Assembly (NCBI RefSeq): GCF_030028105.1 | Contig: NC_092376.1 | Span: 186,364,438 to 186,428,437 of the forward strand | Length of the DNA: 64,000 bases | Reading direction: 5' to 3' | Origin: Mobula birostris | Lineage: Eukaryota | Shown: in pieces, positions 27,183-40,155 of the stretch | Position numbering within the stretch: position 1 is the first letter of the stretch | How the letters are laid out: the number at the start of each line of letters is the position of its first letter | The notes under the pieces: generated by a model | The model's database searches: none | The model's input: the letters and a program-made list of their open reading frames with translations, nothing else | Told to the model about the DNA's origin: nothing | Translations under genes and position numbers: made by a program

Positions 27183-27552
27183 GCTACCTGAACACAAGTC
27201 ATGGCTTGATCAACCATGGCTGGGTCATCTGGGTGAGAGTGCCTGATGCTGAAAGTGCTGAAGCACCCAATGACGCTAGGTTACATCACTGATGATGTGT
27301 TCAGAGTATTGTGAAATGTTTTCTTCAAATCAGGCCAGTTTGTCTGTAGTTAGCAAAATAAAGTGGTGCTGAGGTAAAAGTTGAAGTGGAAACAGTGCAA
27401 TTGATAAAAGTAGTGAATCATTTGGTCAAGCAGTGGATTTCCAACAGAATATTTATTCTGACTGCCACCATTTCTTTAATATTATGTTCACACCTCACAC
27501 AGCCTTACAAGGGATAAATCATATCTTTAACCACATTTACAAATCTTCGGCA

Positions 27553-28842
27553 TGAAACCCGTTTTTACAGGATGTTTCTGGAAATGAAGCTCGTTAGCCC
27601 CTCACTAACAGCCAGAGGACCCCGTGGCAAGGAGACCACCTTTCTCAGGCTTAATATGTCTAAAGCGTATACGACTTTGGTCCCACCAAATCCGTGAGGC
27701 TGGGATGTCTTGCCCACCCAAACCCCGGTTTCTGTGAATGCTGTGTGATTTACTCCCCTCCCCCCAGACAACCGCCCATCAGCATGAAATAACCGATCAT
27801 ACATTGTATGCAATTATAAAGAAAGTATAAAGAAAGACTAGGCTTATACTCGTTGGAATTTAGAAGATTGAGGGGGGATCTTATTAAAATGTCTAAAATC
27901 CTAAAGGGATTGGACAGGTTAGATGCAGGAAGATTGTTCCCAATGTTGGGGAAGTCCAGAACGAGGGATCACAGTTTGAGGATAAAAGAGAAGCCTTTTA
28001 GGACCGAGATTAGGAAAAACTTCTTCACACAGAGAGTGGTGAATCTGTGGAATTCTCTGCCACAGGAAACAGTTAAAGCCAGTTCATTGGCTATATTTAA
28101 GAAGGAGTTAGATATGGCCCTTGTGGCTAAAGGGATCACGGGGTATGGAGGGAAGGCTGGTACAGGGTTCTGAATTGGATGATCAGCCATGATCATACTG
28201 AATGGTGGGGAAGGCTCGAAGGGCTGAATGGCCTACTCCTGCACCTATTTTCTATGTTCCTATGTCTCTATACTTAACTTAATCAAAGAGTTAGTTAAGA
28301 AAAGAAAGAAAAAAGTAAAAAAAAAGGGCCCATCATAATTAAACAGTCAAATGAATGGGGTTGAGTGGGATCCAGGATCAGCCATGATGGAAGGGTGGAG
28401 CAGACTTGATGGGCTGAATCGCCTAATTCTGCTCCTATGTCTTATGGTCTTATGATCTAAATGTGCATACGTTGGAGCTCAAATCTTCCCAAAGCGATAT
28501 TCACAGGTCCTCTGTAGATTTCCACGCTTTGGACCCCATCGAATTGCGCATTCCCGTTGGAAAAAAATCCTACAGCTGGTTCTGTCCAGCGTCTTCTCTC
28601 CTCATCTCCCATTGAACAAAGCCCTCAACCTACACTGGTGTCAGTCACAAAACCTGCTCCCACAGCCTTCTCTAGAACCTTCTCCCAGTTCCACTCTCCT
28701 GATTGGATATTACATATTCCTAAGCATCTCTTATCTTTGATAATAACCCAGACACTCCCAGCAAACACATAGCTTCTACAGAAAGACCATTAGATGAAAT
28801 ACCCTGCAATATTAGCAGTAAAACCTTTACCAGGGCATTGCA
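27553..28842 (-). mobile_element. Solo LTR related to 48354-49150, interrupted by two CR1 insertions
   Basis: Reverse complement begins TGCAATGCCCTGGTAAAGGTTTTACTG (cf. TGTAATTCCCTGGTTAGGATTTTTACTG at 48354) and ends GGGTTTCA. TSD not convincingly preserved. Confidence 0.65.
27832..28270 (+). mobile_element. Young CR1 3' fragment
   Basis: Open ORF 27853..28173 reads EFRRLRGDLI...RTRDHSLRIK...KNFFTQRVVNLWNSLP; TTCTATG tail. Confidence 0.95.
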
Positions 28843-29129
28843 AGTATTTGATGAATTCTGTAGTCTATGTTTTTTTTTAAATTTCATACAGCATGCTCTT
28901 GTTTACAGGAGACCAACCTCTTTTCTCACAGCTGCCATCTGGAAGGAGGGACAGGAGCCTTAGACCCTACACCACTGCATTCAGGAGCAGTGATGACGCT
29001 ACAACCAGTAGACTCTAAACCAGCATGGATAACTTCAATCACCACAACACTGATTCCCACAATATATTGATGCACTTTCAAGGACTCTACAACTCATATT
29101 GTCAGCACTATTTATTTACTTATTTATCT

Positions 29130-29510
29130 ATGGTGGCAGGATGGTGATACGTCTGAACCAAAGGAGATGCAATGTGCTCCTTGCATCCGCTAGCCTGCCA
29201 GTCGCCCTTGAACAAGGAGTAGCAGTTGCTTAGCTCCCTGATCAAGGTCACGTGAAGCCATGAGAGCCAGTGATAGATTAATCATAAGAGCAGATGCTGC
29301 ATATCACAATTCCTGTTTTTGCGCTCACTGACAGCAGGCAGTTGATCTCTGAAGAGTATTGATAATGGCTGGGGTCACCCGTCTTGTAAAGCCACTGCCC
29401 AGAAAAAGGCAATGGCAAACCACTTCTGTAGAAAAATTTGTCAAGAACAATCATTGTCATAAGACAATAATCATCGATATCATATGGCACTGCGCATAAT
29501 GATGATGACT
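29130..29510 (+). mobile_element. RTE-like non-autonomous element (copy 3)
   Basis: GGCAATGGCAAACCACTTCTGTAGAAAAATTTG and an (ATG)n-like tail. Confidence 0.7.
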
Positions 29511-29929
29511 TATTTATTTACTATTATTATTTGAGTTTTTTATATTTGCAGTTTGTCTTCTTTTGCACATTGGTTGTTTGTCTTTGTGTGTAGTGTTTCA
29601 TTGATTCTATTGCGTTTCTTTGTTCTACTGTGAATAACTACAAGAAAATAAATCGCATGGTGGTGTATGGTGCCATATAAACCTTAAAGTTACTTTCAAA
29701 TTTGTGGAGAGCTACCTAGTAAGAGATGGGAGAAAAATTCCTGTCCACCTTCCCTAGAAGAAAATGACGGCTTTCAAACGGTGAGTAAAGTGGGCACATA
29801 ATATTTATACCAACATCTTTTCCTTAATGTTTTATAATGCTATATTCATGCATAATGTATTTAATGAAATAAGAGTGGACAAACCACTCTCTTTAAGTAT
29901 AACGTATGGTGTCCGTATGTGCCACAGAG

Positions 29930-30330
29930 ACACAAGAGATTCTGAAGAGACGCACACAATATATTGGAGGAATTCAGCAAGTGAGGCAGCATCTATCAGG
30001 GGAATAAACAGATGATGTTTCTGGCTGAGACTCTTCATTAGGACCGGAAAGGAAGGGAGGATAAGCCAGACTGGTCACCTCTCAGCTTCTTACATCATTC
30101 CTTTTCATCCCTCCTCCCATACCCGCTTAACTTTCCCCTATCAACTGGATTTACCAACCACCTGCCAATTATATAACCGCCCCCTCCACCCTTCACTTTC
30201 TTTTTCTGACTTCCACCCCCTTTCTTTCATGTCCTGATGAGGGTATTTGGCCTGGAATGTAAACTGTTTATTTCCGTGTACAGTTGCTGCCTGAATCGTT
30301 GAGTTCCTCCAGCATTTTGTGGGTGCTACT
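29930..30330. mobile_element. Two Penelope terminal-repeat fragments in inverted arrangement
   Basis: Minus copy at about 29930-30070 and plus copy at about 30075-30330, each with a decayed CTGATGA..GAAA motif. Confidence 0.7.
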
Positions 30331-30425
30331 TAAGTATGATCTTTGGCCCCTTTGACAGCACTTTTCTAAGACAAGACATCTGGAGTGACACGGGTTACTG
30401 GGTCAAAACATTGCCACCAGTTATA

Positions 30426-30984
30426 AACTCAGTGACCACTTTATTAGGTACACCTGTAAACCTGCTTATTAATGCAAATATCTAATCAGCCATTCATGTG
30501 GCAGCAACTCAATGTTTAAGAGCATGCAGACATGACCAAGAGGTTCAGCTGTTGTTCAGAACAAACATCAGGATGAGGAAGAAATGAGATTGAAGTGACT
30601 TTGACTGTGGAATGATTGTTGGTGCCAGATAGTGTGGTTTGATTATCTAAGAAACTGTTGGTCTCCTGGGATTTTCATGCATAACAGTCTCTAGAGTTTA
30701 CAGAGGATGGCGTGAAAAACATAAAACACCCAGTGAGCAGCCGCTGTGTGGGCAAAGATGCCTTGTTAATGAGAAAGGTCAGAGGAGAATAGCCAGACTG
30801 GTTCAAGCCTGACAGGAAGGTGAAAGTAACTCAAATAACCATATGTCACAATAGTGGTGTTCAGAAGACCATCTCTGAACACACAACATGTGGAACCTGG
30901 AAGTGGGTGGGCTACAGCAGCAGAAGACACAAACATACTTTCTCCGGCCACTTTACTTGTACCTAATAAAATGGCCACTAAAAG
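30426..30984 (+). mobile_element. Non-autonomous Tc1-derived element
   Basis: TIRs ACTCAGTGACCACTTTATTAGGTAC / GTACCTAATAAAATGGCCACT. Internal LSDFDCGMIVGAR...LLGFS..TVSRVYR helix-turn-helix remnant. Confidence 0.85.
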
Positions 30985-32129
30985 TAGTTCTCTTCATTTT
31001 ACTCAATAACCTGACCTGAAAACACTTTCACTGTCCTGGAAATTCCCGCATAATAATTCTGTCGGAATACTTACAGTATATTCACACAACCACATAAAGG
31101 CAGTTCAACACCATCTTCTGAAGGATGTTAAGGATTAGGCAATGAATGCTGGCCTTATCAGTGATGTCCACATACTGTACCTTTAGAAGCCTTTAAAAAA
31201 CAACTTCAGTGTGCCAGGCAAAGAAAGCAGGTCTAGGATTATGAATGAGTTACAGTTTGGCAGGCAGTAATTGCAGCTCTCTTTTTTCATGCCCTAGGTT
31301 CTGTATATTGCGCCATTGGAACACTTCAGTTTGGCAATCCCTAGAAAAAAAATTATCTTTGAGAGAGAAGATATGGGCGGCACATTGGACCTGGCTCCCA
31401 TCTCCTGCTGGGCATATGCAATACCATCCTTTGTAAAAAAGGGCACAAGACAGAACAATTCCCTTCCTATTGCAAAGCCTCTGCCTTACTAGATAACTCA
31501 GTAGCTTTGTCTGTCATCCTGCTTCCTCTTTTCGCAGATTTGTTTCCCATTTTAACATTTGACTGCCACCACTGCTATTGTGCCACAATTTTTAACACTT
31601 CAAACATTCTTGTAAAAGATCAAGTATATTCTTTCATGCATTGGCAATTGTTCAATATTTTATAACTTTTTTTTCTAGGGCCTGATCTTTTTTATTTAAT
31701 TTCACACAGTGAATTGTCCTCTGAAGTGAAATAACTGAAAAGACAGCGGAAACAGTTTCAATAAAAGTCTTCAATGGGGCTATGAATTCATACTTAGAAA
31801 GGAAAATATTGCAAAGATATGGGGGGCGTAGGGGGAAGAATCAAAGTACAGGATTGAGGACGGCTTATTTTTAAAGTGTTTCTTTAAAGAGTATGATGAG
31901 TTGAACCAAAGTAGCCAGTTTGACCCTAAACAAAAAATAAACTGCTTGAGGAGTTCAATGCTTCAAGCAACATCTGTGGAGACAAATGGTCGGTAACATT
32001 TTAGGTCATGACCTTGCATTTCTTGTGAAGCCATTTAACTCTGTGTGGCTTGAAGGTGTTAATTCTTACCATGTGACTTCAAAGAACTAATCTTAGCACA
32101 ACACCAAATATTCATTTTTTTATTTATTC

Positions 32130-32322
32130 ATTCCTTTATCTATTATTTCCTTTACTTTTCCTTCCTTCCTCCTTCCTTTCATTATTTCCTTCTTTCCTTC
32201 TTTCTTTCTTCCCTCCTTCCTTTCCTTCTTTTCTTCCATTCTTCCTTTCATCCTTTTTTCTTCTTTCTTTCCTCCTTTCTTCCTTGTTTCCTTCCTTTTT
32301 TTTTGCTTTCTTCATTCTTTCT
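32130..32322. repeat. Polypyrimidine (TTCC/TTTC) low-complexity tract
   Basis: About 190 bp almost entirely C/T. Confidence 0.9.
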
Positions 32323-33810
32323 AAGTCAGTAGTTAGTAGTTAGCAGTGTAACAGACCCATTTGGCCCAACAGGCCCACACCAGTCAGCTGCACCCATGTG
32401 ACAAACTTCTTCTGTTCTTTATTCTTCTCTATTAATCTTCTCTCCTTCTTTGTCTCTATTTTCCTCCTTCCATCTTCACTTCCTCCTGAGCAAGGTTTAA
32501 GAAAGAGATCAGGAGAAATCCATGGAAGTTCAGCTGCCACTGCCAGTATTATCAGTAATAACCTGAGTCAGCGTACAGATTTGAACTGTTTCCTCTGACT
32601 GCCCAGGAAAATGTAAACAGACCTGGTTTGTTGCAATAGTAAAGGGCATGGAATAAAATCATTTGCAATAATTACTACACTCGATGCATTGATGTGTATT
32701 TTTTTCTCACTAATTACTGCCTTTGTGAATAAAATATCCAATTTATGTTAAACCATTTCCTCTGGGAGGCATTGACCCGGATAAGGGTGAATCTTGTTAA
32801 TGCATCCTGGAGCATGGTGAGCAACTTCCTTTAATAAAGGAGGCAGAGAACACCATCATATATGGCCAATAGGGAAATATTATTAATGTATGCTCATATT
32901 CACAATGATATCCGAATATTTACCATGCAAGATACTTTGTAATGATGCCAGTCAGTGTGACTTTTGACATTTTCATCTGCCAACAGCCTCTTCACCGTAT
33001 GCTCTAATTACATACATTTTATCTTATGTCTTGCTTTCTTTCAGAAGCTCATATTAAGTTGATCATTCACACATCTCTGCTGTTTGATGTTCTGATTTTC
33101 TTTTTACCCCTTTTCTCTTCCATTCTTTTATATTTCACCCATTTCCTTCCCCAACACCAACATTTCTCTGCTTTCTATTCCTTTCTGTGGATCCTTTCAT
33201 TAGACTGAATAACAGAGAAGATACAAATTTAAAAAAGACAACAATGGGGCATGGAAATCAGAAATAAAATAAGAAAAAGCTGAAAAGTTAGCACTTATGG
33301 AAAGAAAACCCATATCAGAACCACAAGAGAAGTAAGTTCAAATTAATTCAATTCAAGATTAATTGTCATTTCACCATACACAAATACCCATGAATACAGG
33401 GAAATGAGACAGCACTGCTCTGGGGCCAAAGTGCAAAGCACAGTACTATCAGTTATACACATGTAAAATAGCAAGCACATAAAGATATCAGTAAGATACA
33501 GCCATACAAAAAAACTAGTCGAGATATGAACCATAAATACTGCAGAAATCTGCAGTCGACCACAATGCAGCTTGTTTTCTGCCGTGCTAACGCTGTTGGA
33601 GGGGAAGGGGGCAGGTAGCACCAACTCCAGCCTGAACACCACCCACACCATACCCAGAGGAGTGAATGTTATGTTGCAGAGAAGGTCAGTTAGAAATGGA
33701 TAAGTCAAAAATAGATGAGTCAAAGGGAATTGACTCTATAACTTATCCCAACCACAACCTTAACCTCACCCTATCAGAAATATTTGCTTCTTCAGAGTCT
33801 CCTTCCACAG

Positions 33811-34532
33811 ATATACTGCGTCCGGTGCTCCTGATGCGGCCTTCTATATATTGGCGAGACCCGATGCAGGCTGGGAGACCGTTTCACTGAATTCCTAGGC
33901 TCTGACTGCCAGAGAAAGCAGGATCTCCCAGTGGCCACACATTTTAATACCACGTCCCATTCCCATTCTGATATGTCTATCCATGGCCTCCTCTACTATA
34001 AAGATGAAGCCACACTCAGGTTGGAGGAACAACACCTTATATTCCGTCGGGGTTGCCTTCAACTGATGGCATGAACATTGGCTTCTCCAACTTCCGTTAA
34101 TGCCCCACCTCCCCTTCGTACCCCATCCATTATTTATTTATTATTATTATTAAGTTTTTTTCTCTCTCTCCTTTTTCTCCCTCTGTCCCTCTCACTATAC
34201 CCCTTGCCCATCCTCTGGGCTTCCCCCCTCCCCTTTTCTTTCTCCCTAGGCCTCCCATCCCATGATCCTCTCATATCCCTTTTGCCAACCAACTTTCCAG
34301 CTCTGAGATCCACCCCTCCCCCTCCTGTCTTCTCCTATTATTTCGGACTCCCCCTCCCCCTCCTACTTTCAAATCTCTTACTATCTCTTCTTTCAGTTAG
34401 TCCTGACGAACGGTCTCGGCCCAAAACGTCAACTGTATCTCTTCCTATAGATGCGGCCTGGCCTGCTGCATTCACCAGCAATTTTTATGTGTGTTGCTTG
34501 AAATTCCAGCATCTGCAGATTTCTTTGTGTTT
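33811..34532 (+). mobile_element. Penelope-like element 3' end with GIY-YIG domain
   Basis: Reads IYCVRCS*CGLLYIGETRCRLGDRFTE...DLPVATHFN...RLEEQHLIFR. Hammerhead-like AGTCCTGACGAACGGTCTCGGCCCAAAACGTC at 34399-34430. Confidence 0.9.
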
Positions 34533-35215
34533 GTGTTCAGGTAGCATGTGCTGCTGATCCCTATGAACTTGGTCTCCTCATCCAGAGCTGTCTTGAGGCT
34601 TTCTCTGCTGCCTCGGTGACGTTGCCGATGGCTCTCTGCCTCCTTGCACTAACGATGTCCAATGTGCAGAGGACTCTGTGAAGAGACTGTCCAGTAAATC
34701 AAAGCCCACCGTTGTCCTTGATCACCAATAATCTATTAGCATCATCATGATTAGCTTTATTTGTGGAATGTACATCAAAATATCGTAACGTTCAGTGAAA
34801 TATATCATTTGTGATTTGCTAGGGACTGCCCACGAGCCTCTCTAGGCTTCTGGTGCATTTGTAGCGTCCCCGCAACTCATGAACCTTAACCCATACATTG
34901 TTGGAATTTGGGAGGAAACTGGAGCACTCAAGGAAAACTAGTTATGAGCAGAATGTATAAATTTCATACAGTCAACGGCAGCAATCGAAACCCACTCAGT
35001 GGTCATTGGCAATGTGAAGCAGCTGCGATATAGTCATAGTCATGGTCATAGTAATACTTTACTGATCCCGGGGCAAATTGGTTAAACATATTCACTGTGT
35101 TCTGATTGCTATCTGTGATTTTTATATTAACCAATAAAAAGTGATAGCCTTCGTTGGTCATGGTTGACCATGGATGCTGTGTACTAGCTGTTGAAGTCAA
35201 TACACAAGTCAGTAT

Positions 35216-35356
35216 GCAAGCCAGGGCAGGACTATATGGATAGCAAGCCAGAGTAGTATAATATGGACAGCACACCAGGGCAGGACAATATAGATAGCAA
35301 GCCAGGCCAGTATAATATGGATAGCAAGCCAGGGCAGGACAATATGGATAGCAAGC
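35216..35356 (+). repeat. 27-bp minisatellite, 5 copies, alternating A/B units
   Basis: GCAAGCCAGGGCAGGACAATATGGATA-like units alternate GGAC and GTAT cores. Confidence 0.9.
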
Positions 35357-35796
35357 TGTTGCCTATATAGCAGGCTCCTCCTCTCCACACAGCTGATGAT
35401 TCCAAAGAAATGACAAAGCCCAACACAGTTTGGCACCAGCAGCTTCACAGCTAGTCAGTATTCACTCAAATTACAGCTGCCTTCCGGACTCCAGCTCCAG
35501 ACTTTTTCCTCTGGATTTACTCCCAAAGCCTTCCTCATGAATCGGTATGGCTACAAGGGAGCAAAAGTGTGAGATCAGTGTTTTTTTTTCTTCGAGATGA
35601 ACTGCCAAACATGGCTGACAAGCCTCATCTACTTGAAATGACTGGTTTTATGGCACCAGGACCCCAACTTTGCCCCCTCTGCAGTCAGTAGAAATGGTTC
35701 TGCTGGGCTTAGGAACTAAGCCACACATGAAGGTCGGGAGCTGGACTTGGTTGTCAGAGGCTAGCTGAGACATACACCATTGGGAACATTTAACAG

Positions 35797-36814
35797 TGTC
35801 ATGGTCTGGTCCGTGAAGTCCGCATTCCGGTTCACAGTCCGGTCCATTGTGCCTTATTCCAGGTTTTCCAGCTTTCCCTTGTCCTGTTGTGTGCCTTAAT
35901 TGAGGCACATGATTCTCATTTTGGGCTGGCTACATAAACAGCTCCTGGGTTCAGCTTCAGTTGCTGGACTGTTCCCTTCCCTTCCTTCTGAAGTCTCGCA
36001 TGCTACCTTCGCCTGAAGCCTCGCCTCCTACCTTCACCTGTGTCCTCGCCTGTAATGTCATCAGGTTCAACCGTCAGGGCAAGATCAGGGCCTTGCTGTG
36101 TTTGGAACTGTCTCTTTGTGTCCTCGCCTTCGCTAAGTAGGTCCAGCTGTGTACCGCTACCTTGGGTGGAGTTCTGTCTCTCAGTGTTCTGTGTATGAGT
36201 GCTGGCCCTACGTCCTACTCCCTAGGAGGGGTCCTGACTCTGTGTAGAGCCTCGGCCCCAAGTCCTGTTCCCAAGGAGGGGTCCTGGCTCTGTGTTCCTG
36301 TCCTCCCCCGACCAAGGCCCTGCGTCCCTGTCCTCCCCCGACCAAGGCCCTGCGTCCCTGTCCTCCCCCGACCAAGGCCCTGCGTTCCTGTTCTCCTCTG
36401 TCCAAGTCTAGGCTTTGTGTTCTTGTCCTGTCCATGTGCCTCGCCCAGCCCGGTGCTGGGGTTCTCTCATCCTGCCCAAGAGTCTCACATCCAGTCTTGT
36501 TGCCACGTCTTGTTCTGGCCTAGATCCGGAGTCCGAGCCCGAGCCAAGACCCAAGTTCCAGGTCCCTGTCCAGTCTCTGGCTCGGAGTCCTTGTCCAGGT
36601 TCCAAGTTCTTAGCTCCTCACCCAGGTCCCGTTTTCCTAGTCTAGTCCTGGCCCAGGCCTTGTATCCTAGCCTCGTTCAGGGCCTGTGTCTTGTCCAGCA
36701 TCGTTTCTTCCCCACTTACCTTGCTTGCTTGACATTCCTAGTCCTGTTCCTAGTGCTTCGTGTCTGTGTCTTGCATTTGGGTCCGCTCCCAGTGCACTCC
36801 CCCCTGTTATGACA
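35797..36814 (+). mobile_element. Solo LTR (Gypsy-like), 1018 bp
   Basis: Termini TGTCAT...ATGACA; 5-bp TSD AACAG/AATAG; the host repeat resumes after it. Confidence 0.85.
36291..36396 (+). repeat. 30-bp tandem repeat (~3.5 copies) within the LTR
   Basis: TGCGTCCCTGTCCTCCCCCGACCAAGGCCC units. Confidence 0.95.
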
Positions 36815-37384
36815 AATAGCTTATCCCCCCCCCCCCCGCCAGCTCTGACAACCTTAAGGAAACCCTACAAAGGAAACTGTAGCTAATACAGGTCAAAGGA
36901 CTAAGCCAGAAAAAAAACATGCAAAGGATGATATCAAATGATGAAATACCTGTTCTTAGATATCTACAATGATGTGGATGGCTCCCATAAGCGAGTTCCA
37001 TTTCTCCACCGGACTGGAAGGACGTCATGGACAACAGGAGATTGATTTTTTTCTTTTTGCTTTCCCACACTAGGACTGAAGTGATTTGGATCTTGGTCAT
37101 TTGGCTGCAAGAAAATGAATGCAGATTGGAGCTGGGTCACAGAACCTCTTTAGTGGTATTATTCATTGTAGTGGTTTCAGTGTTGGTGCCAATTTCTTCT
37201 AATGTGAACCTGGCAACAATTCTGATGTAAACTTGCCAGATCCGGTAATGCCAAATGCTGGGTAGAGCCAAATAGAATTAATTCCTTGCACAAACTGGAT
37301 TTAATGACAGGTGTACACTGGGATTCCTGCCTCCTGTGTGTAGCCAATAAATTGTAGTTGGACATCATTGCCATCAGCCCTCTT

Positions 37385-38030
37385 ACAGGTTGATAAGGTC
37401 TTAAAGAAAGCTTTTGGCACATTGGCCTTCATAAATCAAAGTACTGAGTGGAGGAAATGTGATGTTGTTCAAGACGTTTGTGAAGCCTAATTTAAAGTAT
37501 TCTGTGCAGCTTTGGTCACCTACCTGCAGGAAGGATGTAAACAAGGTTGAAAGAGTACGGATAAAGTTTACTAGATTGTTGCTGGAGCTGGAGGGTTGAG
37601 TTATAAGGAAAGACTGAATAGGATTAGGCTCTATTTGTTAGAATGTAGATGATTGAGGGGAGATTTCATAAAGGCATACAAAGTTATAAGCAGTATAATT
37701 AGGGCAAATGTGAGCAGGCTTTTCGCACTGAGGGGAGAGCTAACAAAAAGTCATGGGTTAAAGGTGAAAGTTGAAAAGTTTAAGGGGAGCCTGAGGGGAA
37801 ACTTCTTCACTCAGAGGGTTGTGAGAGTGTAAAATAAGCTGCCAGTGCAAGTGGTGCATGTGAGATCAATTTCAACATTTAAGAGAAGTTTGAATAGGAA
37901 CATGGATGCCAGGGGTATGGGGGGGCTATGGTCCCAGTACAGCTCGATGAGAGTAAGCAATTTAAATTGTTCAGCATGGACTAGATGGACCGGTTTCTGT
38001 GCTGTACTTTTCCATAACTCTATGACTCTA
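37385..38030 (+). mobile_element. CR1 3' fragment
   Basis: KKAFGTLAFINQS...LKYSVQLWSP..RKDVNKVERV...GNFFTQRVV; TGACTCTA tail. Confidence 0.9.
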
Positions 38031-38394
38031 ATTACAAAAACATTTGCTTATTATTCAGTTCTACACTGGCTCCTGATCTTCTCATCTCAACCTGTGGAAT
38101 CTGTGCTGATGTGCTTTGATGGCTCGGGGCAGCTTGGTAACAGAGCGGTTACCTCAATGCTTTACAGCACCAGTGACAGGGATTCAATTCTCCCTGCTGA
38201 CTGTAAGGAGTTCTCCGCATTACTCCCTTTTGGAGTTGTCTTTGTCTGGTACTTCTACAAGGCCTCATTAAAGTGAACAGCGTCTCTAGGTTTAATGAAT
38301 TTAAACACCGTCCGCATCTTTATTGAATCTGAAACTTCCCTACAATATTAGGAAACAAAGTTTTACTTGCTTTCACAATGGGATGCATAACTTA

Positions 38395-39060
38395 CACAAG
38401 AGATTCTGCAGATGCTGGCAATCCAGAGGAACACACACACAAATTGTTGGAGAAACTCAGCAGGTCTGGCAGCATCTATGGAACAGTATAAAGAGTCAAT
38501 ATTGCGGGCTGAGAGGTCTCATCAGAACTGGAAAGAAAAGGGGAAGAATCCAGAATAAGAAAGCGAGGGGAGGGGAAGTGTGTCAAGCTAGAATGTGGTA
38601 GTTAAAATCAGGTGAGGGGGAAGCTGGATGGGTGGGGGAAAGGGGAATGAACTGATGAGCTGGGAGGAGATAGGTGGAAAAAGTAAAGGGCTGAAAAGGG
38701 ATCTGAAAGGAGTGTGGAATGGACCATGAGGCAAAGGGAACAAGGAGGAGCATGAGTTGGAGGTGATACGCAGTTGAGGAGAAGAGAAAGGGTAAGAGAG
38801 GAGCCATAATGAGGAATGCAAAAAGAAAGAAGGGAGAAGGGGGTAGAAATTATTAGAAGTTTGGGAAATTGATGTTCAAGCTGTCAGGTTGGAGGCTGCC
38901 CATTCGGATATTGAGATGTTGCTCCTACAACCTGAGAATGACCACATCATGGTAATAGAGGACGGACACGTTGGACTGGGAATGGGCAGTGGAATTAAAA
39001 TGATTGCCACTGGGAAATACAGTTGGGTATAGAATAAAGGTGCTCGACAAAACTGTCCCC
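38395..39060 (-). mobile_element. Penelope-like element 3' fragment
   Basis: Reverse-complement homolog of 25059-25634, including the GAGCAACATCTCAATATCCG block, purine-rich UTR and terminal repeat. Confidence 0.8.
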
Positions 39061-39654
39061 AATCATTAATTTCTTTTTATGAATTTGAGGCTTTGCCCAC
39101 GCTGCACTTTGCAAATAAAACAGATGATGTAGTCATTTTTCCAACTGGATGTGATTAAGTCAGTACTTGTTTATTTAGAGCAACACCTAATGCTCACTGA
39201 TGGTAAATACATCAAAAATATTGAAGCAGAATGTGTTCTGCTGCATTCCATTCACAGCTGATCAATGCGTTTTTTACAGAGTTCCAGCTCACTCATTCTG
39301 TGCCTCCTTATCGGTAAAAGACAATATGTCAGGAGCTCTTAAAATTAATAATTAGCCTGTCTTGGAAACAAGAGACTTTTGGACATATATTGACTATTTT
39401 CCAGATTTCTGTATATTGAGGAAGAATTGTATTACATGAATCAGAATTTGAATGGTGCCATTTTAATACTTCTGTACAAGGAGGATAGAATGTGAGACAA
39501 AAACATACCATACAAAATGAAAAATGAAAATAAAAGAAATAATGGACAAGTGATACCACAAAAGATTCTGCAGATGTTGGTATTCCAGAGTGACAAACAC
39601 AAAATGCTGGAGGAACACAGCAGGTCAGGCAGCATCTACGGAGGCTATTTACAT

Positions 39655-40155
39655 GATATGCAAGCTAGGGCAGTATGAAATGGAGAGCAAGCTGTTGCCC
39701 ACGCAGCTGATGAATCTGAAGAGACGGCAGAGACTAGTACAGTTTGGCACCAGCCGCATCACAGGAATTGACAGTCAGTGTTGAATTCAATGAAGGACTG
39801 CCTTAAGGACTCCAGCTCTGGATTTTTCCTCGGGCTTTACTCCTGAAGCCTTCCCCGTGAGTGGGTACAGAGTTTTCTTTCTCTTAGATGAGCTGCCGAG
39901 TACAGCTCTTGAACCTCATTTGCCCGAAGCAACTGGTTTTAAGCCTCCAGTAACTAGCCTTTGCCCCTTCTCCTGTCAGTAGAAATGGTTCCACCAGCTT
40001 CGTAGCTAAGCCACATGTGAAGGCCTGGAGCTAGACATGGATGTCAGAGAGTGTGTGAGACTGAGGCTACTGGGGTTGGGGTGGCTTTAATAGGTAGTGT
40101 TAGCTTTTCTCCATGACCAACCCCACCCCCAGCTATGACATCCTTAAGGAACCAG
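39655..40155 (-). mobile_element. RTE-type 5'UTR-derived element
   Basis: Homologous to 35325-36865, and shares the CAG(T/C)TTGGCACCAG block with the SINE at 61612-61918. Confidence 0.6.

Larger units (their letters stand above)
35325..36865 (-). mobile_element. RTE-type 5'UTR-derived element, split by a solo LTR
   Basis: Segments 35325-35796 and 36815-36865 are colinear with the uninterrupted copy at 39655-40155. RTE assignment and strand are from recall. Confidence 0.6.

Noticed and set aside
34078-34557. Hydrophobic Leu/Pro/Ser-rich ORFs (also 25107, 17429, 63589) as membrane proteins
   Set aside because: They are translations of the pyrimidine-rich Penelope 3'UTR.
35391-35420. CTGATGA...GAAA in the RTE-like element as another hammerhead
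   Set aside because: There are no convincing stems, and the GAAA is not retained in the sister copy near 39707.
35216-36396. CRISPR-like arrays
   Set aside because: The repeats are contiguous with no unique spacers, the context is eukaryotic and there are no cas genes.
36162-36812. 216-aa Pro/Cys-rich ORF with a CVPVLPRPRP repeat
   Set aside because: It lies inside a solo LTR; the 30-bp tandem repeat and A-poor composition explain the open frame.
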